A stretch of 64,000 nt of DNA from a virus (lineage: Duplodnaviria > Caudoviricetes): positions 14,344-78,343 of the IMG/VR virus record IMGVR_UViG_3300026187_000011. One strand, written 5' to 3'. Positions 35,273 to 44,885 of the stretch are shown here, piece after piece (position 1 is the stretch's first letter; the number at the start of each line of letters is the position of its first letter). The notes under the pieces are model-generated. The model worked only from the letters and a program-made list of their open reading frames with translations. It was not told where the DNA came from and made no database searches. A program made the position numbers and the translations under genes.

Positions 35273-35988
35273 TATAAATTAGGTGGTGTGAATTGCATAG
35301 GTTGAGTAGACATTGAGTCTGCTGTTAGATAACTTTGAGGCGTATTAAATCTATTAGGCATTCCATTGTCGCCAGCAACCACATCAATTCCTTGCATTAC
35401 TAACTCAGGGGCAATCGCCCCTGCAAGTGCAGTAACAGGACCGCCCAATGCTCCAGCTCCTGCACCTAATAATCGTGGTGCTAATGCTCGTGTTAATGTT
35501 TGTGGTAATTGCTTTTGGATTGCAGGAGTAAGTGCATTAGCTGCTGCTTGCCCCATCTTTGCTCCAATTGCCATATCTGCCCCCTGAGCTACAATTTGCG
35601 TGGGAAGTTCTCTTTCTTTTTTCGTCTCTTCCTCTGCTTTTTGCTCTACCTCCTTAGAGTATTCTTCTGAAAACAAACCAACATCTTGGGCGTCATCCAA
35701 GGCAAACACTTCAGATTCCAAATTTTGTAGCATGGTTTCAATGTCATCAGCAGGTTGAGCAAATGCCTCAGATAAGCCCATAGTTTGTGGCACTAAAGCC
35801 GCAGGTGCTTGTAATGCTTGAAATGCATTTGCTAGACCTTGATTAGGTGAGGGTTGAACGGGTTGTGCAAATGCTTCGGCCAATCCTTGAGACGGAGTAG
35901 GCTGCACGGGTTGGGCGAATGCCTGAGCTAAACCCATAGTAGGTGCAGGTTGTGGAGGTTGTGAAAAAAATTGTGCTAACTTGCTCAT
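35272..35988 (-). CDS. Putative internal virion protein with GLAxAFAQP repeats
   Basis: Repeated N-terminal motifs and a Gly/Ala-rich hydrophobic segment. Confidence 0.7.
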   Translation of the reverse strand: MSKLAQFFSQPPQPAPTMGLAQAFAQPVQPTPSQGLAEAFAQPVQPSPNQGLANAFQALQAPAALVPQTMGLSEAFAQPADDIETMLQNLESEVFALDDAQDVGLFSEEYSKEVEQKAEEETKKERELPTQIVAQGADMAIGAKMGQAAANALTPAIQKQLPQTLTRALAPRLLGAGAGALGGPVTALAGAIAPELVMQGIDVVAGDNGMPNRFNTPQSYLTADSMSTQPMQFTPPNL

Positions 35989-35990
35989 AA

Positions 35991-36908
35991 TTAGTAACCC
36001 TGTCTTTGCAGTTCTGCCTGCACTCTTTTTAATCTTTCGACTTGCTGTGGTGTTAATTCAGATTCCTGCAGTTTGATACCTATGTCTGTCATTTGTGCTC
36101 TGCGATAATCTCTATCAAATGCATCAACTTTTTGCTGAGCTTCTTTGTATGCCTTTTTTGCTTCCTCTGCACCACCTACGCTACTGACTGCATTATACAT
36201 TTCCACGGTGGCAGGAACTCCCGCAGCAACTCCAAGTGCAGTTTTGCCAGCAACACTTGCCGCTCTTTTTAGACCCGGAAATCTACTTCCTCCCGCTTGC
36301 TTGTCGGGGTTAGGATGTCCTGCGATTGTCTTTGCAGTTAATGTATTCCTGAAGAACCCACCATACTTATTTTGTAAAGCATTAGAATAGTGAGTTTGAA
36401 GCTTTTGCTTCATAGTTCCTGGATGCTTTTTTAGGTCATCATAATTGATTCCCTCAGCAGCTAATTTCTTTTTAAAATCTTCTATATCAAACTGTTTAAT
36501 CTTATCACTACCTGCTTCCTGTGCGGTATTTAAAAGCTTATCTTTTCTGAACTGCTCATTACTTTTTGCGATACTATTTTTTGTAGCATTGTATGCTTCG
36601 GCAGCAGCTAATCCACCAGCTCCTGTTGCAAGCATATTTTGAGGAGTTATATAATTACCTAACCCATCAAATACACTAAGCATATCACCCGTTGCTTTAC
36701 CAAATTCATACCCTCCTTCAGGAGATAATGCATTTAGCTCTGTTTGTGCCCGTCTTAAAGCATCTAGCTCAGGTCCTGGAACAGTGTAACTACCGACTAA
36801 TTGTTTGTTCTCTTGCTGATTTAAGTAAGCTTCCAGCTCATTCACCGCATTGGCATCATTAGCTGCTCGTGCGCTAGCAAGTGCTTCTAGTATTTGTTCG
36901 TAGGTCAT
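35991..36908 (-). CDS. Putative ejection/internal virion protein
   Basis: Ala/Gly-rich helical ORF in the ejection block. Confidence 0.65.
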   Translation of the reverse strand: MTYEQILEALASARAANDANAVNELEAYLNQQENKQLVGSYTVPGPELDALRRAQTELNALSPEGGYEFGKATGDMLSVFDGLGNYITPQNMLATGAGGLAAAEAYNATKNSIAKSNEQFRKDKLLNTAQEAGSDKIKQFDIEDFKKKLAAEGINYDDLKKHPGTMKQKLQTHYSNALQNKYGGFFRNTLTAKTIAGHPNPDKQAGGSRFPGLKRAASVAGKTALGVAAGVPATVEMYNAVSSVGGAEEAKKAYKEAQQKVDAFDRDYRRAQMTDIGIKLQESELTPQQVERLKRVQAELQRQGY

Positions 36909-38083
36909 GGCTGCTTGTTAAAATATTTCATGGTGCCCGGAGAAAAGTTTGGTTGAGCTTGCGGAGTCTGCTGCTTAGGGGGAAGAAAGACTCCCATTCC
37001 TCCAATTTGACTAGGACTTGGAAGAGTGGTCCCACCATAATTAGGAATTGGTTGAGAGGGTGGTGTTAATGGATTGCCACGCGTAAAACCGCCGGGCAGA
37101 GGGTTTTTCAGTATCTCATTATACCTGCCCTCAATTAAACTCGTTTGGTCTTGTGTTCTTCTATACGCTTCTCTTTGAGCATCCTCTTTTATTTTATCAG
37201 GCAATTCAGCAAGTGTCATGTATTGGTCATCAGTTGGGTTTTCTATGACATCACCATCTTGGTCATACACAGGCACCTTTGGCTGACTCAGTACATACTG
37301 TCTATATACATTATCATAATACCTTTGATTGTCACCCGTGACCCACTTTTGTCTTTCTTCGTAGGATTTTCTTTGCACCTCTGCCAAATCGTCAGTGTCT
37401 TCTATCTCTATATCTCTTTGCTCCTTAGCTGCATCTATTCGTGCCTTTAGTCTTTTTGCATCCGAACTTTCTTCTGCTGCTATTCTCGCTTCAAGTCGTC
37501 TTTCCCACTCTGTTGTCTCTCTCTTCTCTCTTCGGTCGAGGTCGGCCTGTTCCTCTTTCCATCGCCTTTCCCACTCGTCTTTATTTCGTTGATAATTTCT
37601 ATCGTTTTCTTTTTCTTCCCACTTTTTCTGCAACGCTTCTCTGCCCATTTGGAATCTACGCATCATACTTTGCTCTTCCCTGCGGGCTTCTTTTTCTATC
37701 TTCTGCAGTGCTTGATTATTAGAGTTTCTCAAGCCTTCTAGTGCGATATTATAGGTATTAGACTTATCCAGTCGTGTTAGGGCATTTGTATTCCTTGTTT
37801 TCTCAAGCTCGATTTGTTGCCCATACTGCTTATCAACCCTTTCCATTTCATTAGCAGCTCGCTGTGCTTCCAATGCAGATGCCGCTTTCTGCCCATCTTT
37901 TTGCGCGTAGAAGTCGCGATTAAATTGTCGCTCATTCATTAGCTCTTCTGCCAAGTTTATGCCTTGTGAGCGCATTTGTGGCACTGCTACAGTACGCACG
38001 GGAGCCATTGAGGGTTGCGAATTAGCAGCCAATAACTGTGCAGTTAGTGCCTGTCCGTGTGCTATTGGATTTACTCGTGCCAT
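36905..38083 (-). CDS. Putative coiled-coil ejection protein
   Basis: Long E/R/K/Q heptad-like region. Confidence 0.65.
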   Translation of the reverse strand: MARVNPIAHGQALTAQLLAANSQPSMAPVRTVAVPQMRSQGINLAEELMNERQFNRDFYAQKDGQKAASALEAQRAANEMERVDKQYGQQIELEKTRNTNALTRLDKSNTYNIALEGLRNSNNQALQKIEKEARREEQSMMRRFQMGREALQKKWEEKENDRNYQRNKDEWERRWKEEQADLDRREKRETTEWERRLEARIAAEESSDAKRLKARIDAAKEQRDIEIEDTDDLAEVQRKSYEERQKWVTGDNQRYYDNVYRQYVLSQPKVPVYDQDGDVIENPTDDQYMTLAELPDKIKEDAQREAYRRTQDQTSLIEGRYNEILKNPLPGGFTRGNPLTPPSQPIPNYGGTTLPSPSQIGGMGVFLPPKQQTPQAQPNFSPGTMKYFNKQP

Positions 38084-39861
38084 TATATTTTATTGTAGAT
38101 GTCAGAGAATTTCATTAATTGAGTCATCCAATTACTATCGCTTCCAGAGCTGACAGGGACATAAGGACTCGTGTTAATGTAACTTTGGTAACCAGGCGCA
38201 AGTACACGCTGAGTATATGGGGATGAGTAGCGAGCAATTGAATCTAATCCTCCAAGGGAAATCTCTGTTGGTGCAGAGTTGAGATACTTCAATAGACCAA
38301 CTTGGTTTGCATTAAGTCCGAGATTTGCAAGCTGTGTGTTCATCAAGTCTTGATACAGATTTAATCCAGCGTCAGACTCCTCCATGTCATAGCCTAATGC
38401 TTTTTTCATAGCATTTACTTCTGCATCATCAAAACCTAGGTCTCTAAGCTTGTTCCCAAGTCTAATCTCTGCACCACTCACCTGTGCAGTATCTCTCTGC
38501 ATACCGGAGTCTATTAGATTGTTTATAAAGTTTTCACCTATTTCGCCTTGTTGAGCTGCTTTGTTTATTTCAGCTCCACCAACTGATTGAGCTGCTGTCG
38601 TGTCCGATGCAGCTATACCTGTTGCTTCCGATAAATCTGCTCCCGCATCTGTTATTGCGCGATTTACTCCTGCAGTAGCTAAATTAGTGGCTTTACCAAT
38701 TCCTGCCAATCCTTGGTCTTTTGAAAAATCTACATCTGCTTGATTTTCTGCACCAACTCGACCCAGTCTAGCATCTGACTCAAGACCTGTTTGTATTGAG
38801 TCTGCCTGTGCCATAGGCGCAAACATATCCTGTGCTTGACGAGCACGATTTTGAGCCATAGAGGAACGCATATTTGTTCCCGTGCCTTGCCCAATACCTT
38901 TGGTGCGCATGCCTTTGAGCGCATCATTATATGCATCTTCTGCAGCCCTTCTACCGACCATTGCGGTTCTGCGCATTTGATTTCCGAGAACTCCTGCCTC
39001 ATCAATTTGCGCGCCTTCCATCTTCTCGGCCGCACCATAAGTAGCGTCACGGACCCCCCCTGCAGAACCTACCTCTGCATCAAATATTCCTTCTATTCCT
39101 TCTTTATCCGCGTCAAAGATTGTGGCAGAGCCTTCTTTTGTAGTATCTGCAATACTCGCAAGTCCTGTCTTCGTAATGTCATTAATGTCGCCCGCGACTT
39201 TCTCAGCAGTATTAAATATATTCTGATTATTAGACTCTGCAGTTGCTTTTTTATCTATTAATAAATCCCTCGTTCCAGCACCTACATTTTCCGCTGATGT
39301 AGCTAAATTATCCCCAGCTACATTTATATTATCTTGTTTGTTTTTTACTCTTCCCGCTTCGAGGTCATTGACATCTTTCATTCCTTGGAAGTATGTCTGC
39401 AGGGAAGCAAAGTTGTCCTGCATGGCAGCCTCTAGCTCGCCATTGTAAATCGAATTTAGTGCTTCCTGACCGTCAATTACATTTTGCTTTAATTGCGGAC
39501 TTATTGCCTGTGCCTCACGCATGAGGTCTGTGAAATTAATAGAATCCGAAGCTTCATTAATTGCTGAGATAATTGCTTCTCCGGGTTGTTCTAAGTAACC
39601 AGGAAATGGATTAGATAGGTCATACCCCATCTCGTCCATCGTCGATACGAAATCTGCTCGTACTTGAGGGTCAGAAATGTCCATGACGGGGATTTTTCCT
39701 GCCGTCATTAGGGCATTCATTAAATCCATCATCCATTGTTCGGCAGTCTGCGTGTCAATGAGGTCCTTTTGCTTCTGAAGTGCTTGCTCCTGCTGCTTGA
39801 CAGGGTCGACATAATCGAAGCCTAACCAGTCATCCATTACTGTTTCTCTAAACCAGCCCAT
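38083..39861 (-). CDS. Putative DNA pilot/ejection protein
   Basis: Ala/Gly/Asp-rich helical composition; position after the tail genes. Confidence 0.6.
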   Translation of the reverse strand: MGWFRETVMDDWLGFDYVDPVKQQEQALQKQKDLIDTQTAEQWMMDLMNALMTAGKIPVMDISDPQVRADFVSTMDEMGYDLSNPFPGYLEQPGEAIISAINEASDSINFTDLMREAQAISPQLKQNVIDGQEALNSIYNGELEAAMQDNFASLQTYFQGMKDVNDLEAGRVKNKQDNINVAGDNLATSAENVGAGTRDLLIDKKATAESNNQNIFNTAEKVAGDINDITKTGLASIADTTKEGSATIFDADKEGIEGIFDAEVGSAGGVRDATYGAAEKMEGAQIDEAGVLGNQMRRTAMVGRRAAEDAYNDALKGMRTKGIGQGTGTNMRSSMAQNRARQAQDMFAPMAQADSIQTGLESDARLGRVGAENQADVDFSKDQGLAGIGKATNLATAGVNRAITDAGADLSEATGIAASDTTAAQSVGGAEINKAAQQGEIGENFINNLIDSGMQRDTAQVSGAEIRLGNKLRDLGFDDAEVNAMKKALGYDMEESDAGLNLYQDLMNTQLANLGLNANQVGLLKYLNSAPTEISLGGLDSIARYSSPYTQRVLAPGYQSYINTSPYVPVSSGSDSNWMTQLMKFSDIYNKI

Positions 39862-39900
39862 TACCTCTGCCTTTCACTTTGCTTATTCCAACTCATACTA

Positions 39901-40482
39901 TTATGCGTTTGTAATTGTTAATACACCGCCCGCATAAGAAAATGTAGGTGTGGCACCTGGGACGCCCTGGTCACCCTTTAGCTCAGCTTTTTGTGCAGTA
40001 GTTAAACTTACTTCCCCAACAATCTTGCCATCTTTATCTACGACATTAGTACCATTGACAGAGATACCATTAGAAAAATCCAAGGTTGAGCCTGATGCTA
40101 TTTTGTCTGTGGTTATAGTACCATTTGCAATCTTGTCCACTGTTATAGCATTGCTTGCAATTTTAGAACTACCCACTGCTCCATCTGCTATCTTAGAGGA
40201 AGTTACAGCTCCATCTATTATATGATTGGTGCCGATTATGTTGTCTTTAATCTTACTGACATACAAATTTTCAGTAGTAACACTGCCTAGGTCACCATTC
40301 GTTATAGCATCAACTTCCTCCCAAAGGTCATTAAATGACCTACGAAGAACCTCCCAGTTATTATCTAATGCGTCATGTGATAATGCCACCCCATCCAAGT
40401 TTTTTCTTAATTTAACAAGAAATTCCTCGGTCGGTATAGTATAATCTACCGAACTATCTGAGTTTATTTTCTTTGTTGCCAT
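39901..40482 (-). CDS. Tail fibre-like protein with KIA repeats and collagen-like end
   Basis: GAVTSSKIAD/GAVGSSKIAS/NAITVDKIAN/GTITTDKIAS repeats; KGDQGVPG; LSHDALDNNW N-terminal motif. Confidence 0.75.
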   Translation of the reverse strand: MATKKINSDSSVDYTIPTEEFLVKLRKNLDGVALSHDALDNNWEVLRRSFNDLWEEVDAITNGDLGSVTTENLYVSKIKDNIIGTNHIIDGAVTSSKIADGAVGSSKIASNAITVDKIANGTITTDKIASGSTLDFSNGISVNGTNVVDKDGKIVGEVSLTTAQKAELKGDQGVPGATPTFSYAGGVLTITNA

Positions 40483-40483
40483 G

Positions 40484-43400
40484 TTATGAATTGATTGTGA
40501 CTGTTCTTGTTACGGTTGCCGCGGATTGTCCCTCCTTAGTGAAGTCAAACTCTATTGTATAAATACCAGGGTTATTAATTGAGCTCGCGTACCACGGATT
40601 TGTATGACTACCACTCGGAATTGTTTGTACTACTACACCATTCTTCTTAATGATTTTCGATATAAGGGAATCGTAGTTTTGCCCCAAATAGGTCGCCACT
40701 GCACCGGGGTCTTCGTACCCTTCCTTCATGGCATAAGACAGGTCTACTTCTATAGCACACCCGTAGTACATTCTTTTATAAACATACTGACTATAAGTTA
40801 TGAAGCCATAAATACCAAGCGACCTACCTGTATAAAACGATTCATTAAAGGGTTCTGACGATTGCTGGGATGCGGTTGCAAAAGTTTCATACTCAACTTG
40901 CCCTGTATGCACTAGCCCTGCAGTTACCATGTTTTGCGGCAAATCTTTTCCTGGTTGTAAATTGTCGTCCATAACATCCAAGGAATATGCTCTACCATCT
41001 GCAGTCAGAATTTGGCACCCCGACCTCCTATCTAAGAACTTTAAAGCTATTACATCTGTAATATCTGTTGCAGCTGAGTCTGTTACATAGCCGGTTTGAT
41101 AACTATTTGTTGACGTTAATCCACCTGAGTCGGAAGCGAATCGAATACGTGTAGGAATAGTTTGGGTTGTAAGGCCTATTGGTGCGGGATTACTTCCCGT
41201 AGTACCAGAATATACATCTGCATTTGCACCGGTTAGTACATTTCGGAACAGGGGACCATAGTCTACAGATAATGCGTTAGTTTTTGAAAACTTTTTAACA
41301 TTCCTTGGGTACAAAATTACATGAGGAACGTTTTGTGCATACCTATACTTAAAGTATTGTGGTTGTCCCGACGCCCCATGGCAAAAATCGAGCCTACCAT
41401 ACCTAACTCCGCAATAGTCATCGTTTTCCACAACCCGTTTTGTGCCTGTTATGTTTTTCTGCGCGTCGTCAATCTCTGTGATGCCTGAATTTGTGCCCGC
41501 TTGACCAAAAGTATTATCTCCCAATACTTTTAGTTTGCCGTCATTCATCATAAAGAAAGTGTTTTCTCCTGTGGCACTTACATACGCTTCATTCACCCCT
41601 GTCAGAAAAGTAGTCGATGTTGCTTTCAGTTGAACCGGATACACAGAGCAATTATAAATATCAGAAGCGCAATCGCTGCCGACACCCCCTGTACTACCCC
41701 ATGAAAAAGTCGTTGCACGGATAATGCTCGACCAGTAGGTATTTGGAAATCCTTCGCCTAGTGCTCGAGCGTGGTCCCTCCCCATGCCCCATACCGTGCC
41801 GTCGTTTTTAACAAAGACTCCAATGGAGCCTGTGCACCTTTTTGTATGTGTGTCACTTGGTGCTTGGTCTTGCAATTCTACATGATTCGCCACGCCATGT
41901 ATCTGCTTAACATTCGTAATAGCATCACCCTTCGTCCATGTTTCTCTACCGCTAGTTGTCCCGTGGTACATCTGCCTAGCGTATGCACTTCCCTGAATAT
42001 ACCTAAATTCGTACGATGTAGATGAAGTAACTATTTGGCCACCGTCCGCTAAATCAACCCATTCGTCATCCACTCCAGGCTTACTGTCCATCCTTGGGTT
42101 GTATGCATACCTTGAGTAATTGCCGCCCGCTTTCATCATGTGCCCTGTCCCAAGCATGCTAGTATATCCTGAGCCAATAGAATACATAGTTCCGTCAGTC
42201 TTTAGGAACCAAGCGCCATTTCTGTGGTTTACAATATCTTTAACGCCCGTAAGTGGCGATAAGTGATGACGAATAAACTTATAATGCATTTTGTGAGACT
42301 GCCCAGTTACATCGTAATCTTCTGTCGTCAATGAGTACTCCCCGTTGCCGGGCCCATTATATCCTGGCTGCCAATAACTCCCTCCGGTGGTTGACTCATA
42401 CACAAAAGGTCCGAACTTCCACTGTTTGCCTGCCGGATAGTTATTGTTGTTATTAATAAAATTAGGAATGTCGTCAGCATCTGTCGTCATGACTTGGCAG
42501 AATATATTACGTATTCTTAACCTTCTGTAGTATGCTCTCGAGTCGCCATAGTCGTTCTCGTAACCTCCCATGCTTCCAGGATAATCAAGCCACCCGTATC
42601 CCTGGCAAAATCTTCCAGCCTCCGTACGAGGGTCGGTTTGGTGACTACCTAGTTCCCCAAAATAATTAGCTCCTGAAGCCCATACTGTTCCGTCATTTTT
42701 TAGTATATATGTTGTCCTAGAAATAACGCTACTAACCTGACTTACATATACTTTCTTAATGTTAGTTATTGGAGACACATTTCCTTGAAGGTCCTGTTGA
42801 TATACTATTTTAAACTTATCAGTTTCATAGCCACTATATGGATACACTCCAAGGTCGTGACTCTTATAGTACTTGGCTAAAAGACCGACAAAGTTTTGCG
42901 GACGAGAACCAATCCTAGATTCCCAAGTATTCTCGGAGGTCACATCTACGAATCCAGTATTTGTGCCTAGTTCGCCGAAAATATTCTGCCCGGCTGCATA
43001 CAAATATCCTGCTGGACTCTCTATGAACCTATTTCCCCCACAATTTTCGTCGGTGATGTGGTTCACCCAATTGCAACCCTGACTCATCCACAGTCTTTTT
43101 ACATCACCAGACCAAGTTATGCCTGCCTGAGTGGTACTTTCAGGTCGGATGTCCCATTGCCTAGATTGTCTTTTTCCTGTGTCAGCTTGGTAGCTATTTC
43201 GCCAAACAGTCTCCACATTGCCGCCACCTATAAATGTATACTGAGGATGACTTTCTCGTGTAGCTTCCTCGTCCATATCAGAGGTGCTCCCCATTGGAAC
43301 ATTTCCTGAAAAGACCAAGCTGTCGCCGGATACCTGAATCTCCTCAAATGTTTTTGTTAAGGAGGCATCTCCATTCAAGGTTAAGGTTGATGGAGCAGCT

Positions 43401-44134
43401 AAACTAAATTCTTTAGTATCTGTATCATGGATATAACTTTGCCCATCGCGTACACCTTTGTACCTTACTCTGAGTGTGTGGTCGCCTGCAGGTACGGATA
43501 GGGGCTCAGTTAACTTATAATAAATACCGTCTTTATACCCATTTTTAATAGAGCCACCAGTAACCCAGGCATTTGAATCAATCTGATACTCCCACACGGT
43601 GTCATTATTAACATCCACTGGGAGAATACTTATTGCCGGGTCAATAGTTAAAGGTCTGCTTGAGCTTGTGCCTGTGTATACTATGCTAACCGAATGCTTG
43701 ATTACTAAAACACTGCCCGTTTGAGTCTCTCCTCGCACCTCATTATTTTTAAAACCTTGAACCCGGATGTAATTATTTCCGTTCGTAAATTCACTATATG
43801 GAATTTCTATTTGGCTAGAACTATATTGTCCGCTGTTAGGACCGACTGGGGCGGTCGATGACCCTTGCCGTATGGCGTACTTCCAATAGGCAATCTTTTC
43901 AGGGGCGTTGACATTTAGAATGACATGCCCTGATGAGCGTGAATCTGCTGTTATTTGTGCACTAACAATTATGTCATAGTTAGGCTTTTCCCAAATTGTA
44001 GTACCATCTAGCTTTATTTCATCCACCTCTTGAATAGTTGCGTTCGAGGATGATTTCCAAAACACCTCCTCAACTACTTCATCGCTAAGATTTAAGTTTC
44101 CTGCAGTAGGTGGATTTCCGCCTATCGTTGTCAT
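40484..44134 (-). CDS. RCC1/BLIP-II-repeat putative receptor-binding tail protein with Ig-like (DUF5011-like) parts
   Basis: LKNDGTVWASGANYFGELG, KTDGTMYSIG, KNDGTVWGMG, NDGKLKVLGDNTFGQAG; C-terminal YEDPGAVA..PGIYTIEF..VTRTVTI. Confidence 0.8.
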   Translation of the reverse strand: MTTIGGNPPTAGNLNLSDEVVEEVFWKSSSNATIQEVDEIKLDGTTIWEKPNYDIIVSAQITADSRSSGHVILNVNAPEKIAYWKYAIRQGSSTAPVGPNSGQYSSSQIEIPYSEFTNGNNYIRVQGFKNNEVRGETQTGSVLVIKHSVSIVYTGTSSSRPLTIDPAISILPVDVNNDTVWEYQIDSNAWVTGGSIKNGYKDGIYYKLTEPLSVPAGDHTLRVRYKGVRDGQSYIHDTDTKEFSLAAPSTLTLNGDASLTKTFEEIQVSGDSLVFSGNVPMGSTSDMDEEATRESHPQYTFIGGGNVETVWRNSYQADTGKRQSRQWDIRPESTTQAGITWSGDVKRLWMSQGCNWVNHITDENCGGNRFIESPAGYLYAAGQNIFGELGTNTGFVDVTSENTWESRIGSRPQNFVGLLAKYYKSHDLGVYPYSGYETDKFKIVYQQDLQGNVSPITNIKKVYVSQVSSVISRTTYILKNDGTVWASGANYFGELGSHQTDPRTEAGRFCQGYGWLDYPGSMGGYENDYGDSRAYYRRLRIRNIFCQVMTTDADDIPNFINNNNNYPAGKQWKFGPFVYESTTGGSYWQPGYNGPGNGEYSLTTEDYDVTGQSHKMHYKFIRHHLSPLTGVKDIVNHRNGAWFLKTDGTMYSIGSGYTSMLGTGHMMKAGGNYSRYAYNPRMDSKPGVDDEWVDLADGGQIVTSSTSYEFRYIQGSAYARQMYHGTTSGRETWTKGDAITNVKQIHGVANHVELQDQAPSDTHTKRCTGSIGVFVKNDGTVWGMGRDHARALGEGFPNTYWSSIIRATTFSWGSTGGVGSDCASDIYNCSVYPVQLKATSTTFLTGVNEAYVSATGENTFFMMNDGKLKVLGDNTFGQAGTNSGITEIDDAQKNITGTKRVVENDDYCGVRYGRLDFCHGASGQPQYFKYRYAQNVPHVILYPRNVKKFSKTNALSVDYGPLFRNVLTGANADVYSGTTGSNPAPIGLTTQTIPTRIRFASDSGGLTSTNSYQTGYVTDSAATDITDVIALKFLDRRSGCQILTADGRAYSLDVMDDNLQPGKDLPQNMVTAGLVHTGQVEYETFATASQQSSEPFNESFYTGRSLGIYGFITYSQYVYKRMYYGCAIEVDLSYAMKEGYEDPGAVATYLGQNYDSLISKIIKKNGVVVQTIPSGSHTNPWYASSINNPGIYTIEFDFTKEGQSAATVTRTVTINS

Positions 44135-44748
44135 ACGTTTGTAATTGTTAAAACTCCTCCGCTGAATGAAAAAGTAGGAGATGTGCCTGTGTCGCCCTTA
44201 ACGCCCTTGTCGCCCCTCGGTACTGTAAGGACACCTGTAGATGAATTGTATGAAGCATTGGAGCCAGCACTTCCTGTAGTGACTGACAAAGATGTTACTT
44301 CACTTGCAGAAGAGCTTGCTACCGCAGCAGAGGCTGCTGCTTCCGATGCTTTTGATGAGGCTGTGGAAGCATGTCCTGATGCAGTGGTGGCAGAGGCTGC
44401 CGCTTGCGTGGCTTTTGTGGAAGCAGTTGTGGCATGACCTGATGCAGTGGTAGCGGACGCCGCTGCTTGGGATGCTTTTGTGGATGCGGTGGAGGCTGAA
44501 GAGGATGCCGCTGATGCCGAGGCAGCTGCACTAGCCGTGTCTCCATATATTGTTTTTAGAGCATTATTGCCTGCACCTGCCTCGTTAATCTTTTTTCGTA
44601 AAAGCTCAAAATTGTTATCTAGTTGCGAGTGCAACATAGGACCTCGAGGGTTTTGATTTCTACGCAAAAAAACAAACTGCTTTGAGGCCTCTATGTTGTA
44701 ATCTTCCCCGTCCTGAGGAAGTGCAGTGAAATTAGCAGGCAATGCCAT
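44131..44748 (-). CDS. Tail fibre-like protein with Ala/Ser/Thr 21-aa repeats
   Basis: ASTKASQAAASATTASGHATT / ASTKATQAAASATTASGHAST repeats; ends KGDTGTSPTFSFSGGVLTITNV. Confidence 0.75.
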   Translation of the reverse strand: MALPANFTALPQDGEDYNIEASKQFVFLRRNQNPRGPMLHSQLDNNFELLRKKINEAGAGNNALKTIYGDTASAAASASAASSSASTASTKASQAAASATTASGHATTASTKATQAAASATTASGHASTASSKASEAAASAAVASSSASEVTSLSVTTGSAGSNASYNSSTGVLTVPRGDKGVKGDTGTSPTFSFSGGVLTITNV

Positions 44749-44750
44749 CC

Positions 44751-44885
44751 TTAGTCCTCCATTGATTTAAGTATTTTATCTATCCACTCCCTCAGAAGAG
44801 AGGAGACGCTAACACCCAAGGTGCTAGCAATCTCCGTAAGCTTTTGCTTATCTTCTGCAGGAATTGTTAAAGATAATTTGTCCAT
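44751..44885 (-). CDS. Ribbon-helix-helix (CopG/Arc-like) DNA-binding protein, 44 aa (not in ORF track)
   Basis: MDKLSLTIPAEDKQKLTEIASTLGVSVSSLLREWIDKILKSMED: alternating beta strand, helix A, G-x-S turn, helix B; TAATG-coupled to the upstream gene. Confidence 0.75.
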   Translation of the reverse strand: MDKLSLTIPAEDKQKLTEIASTLGVSVSSLLREWIDKILKSMED

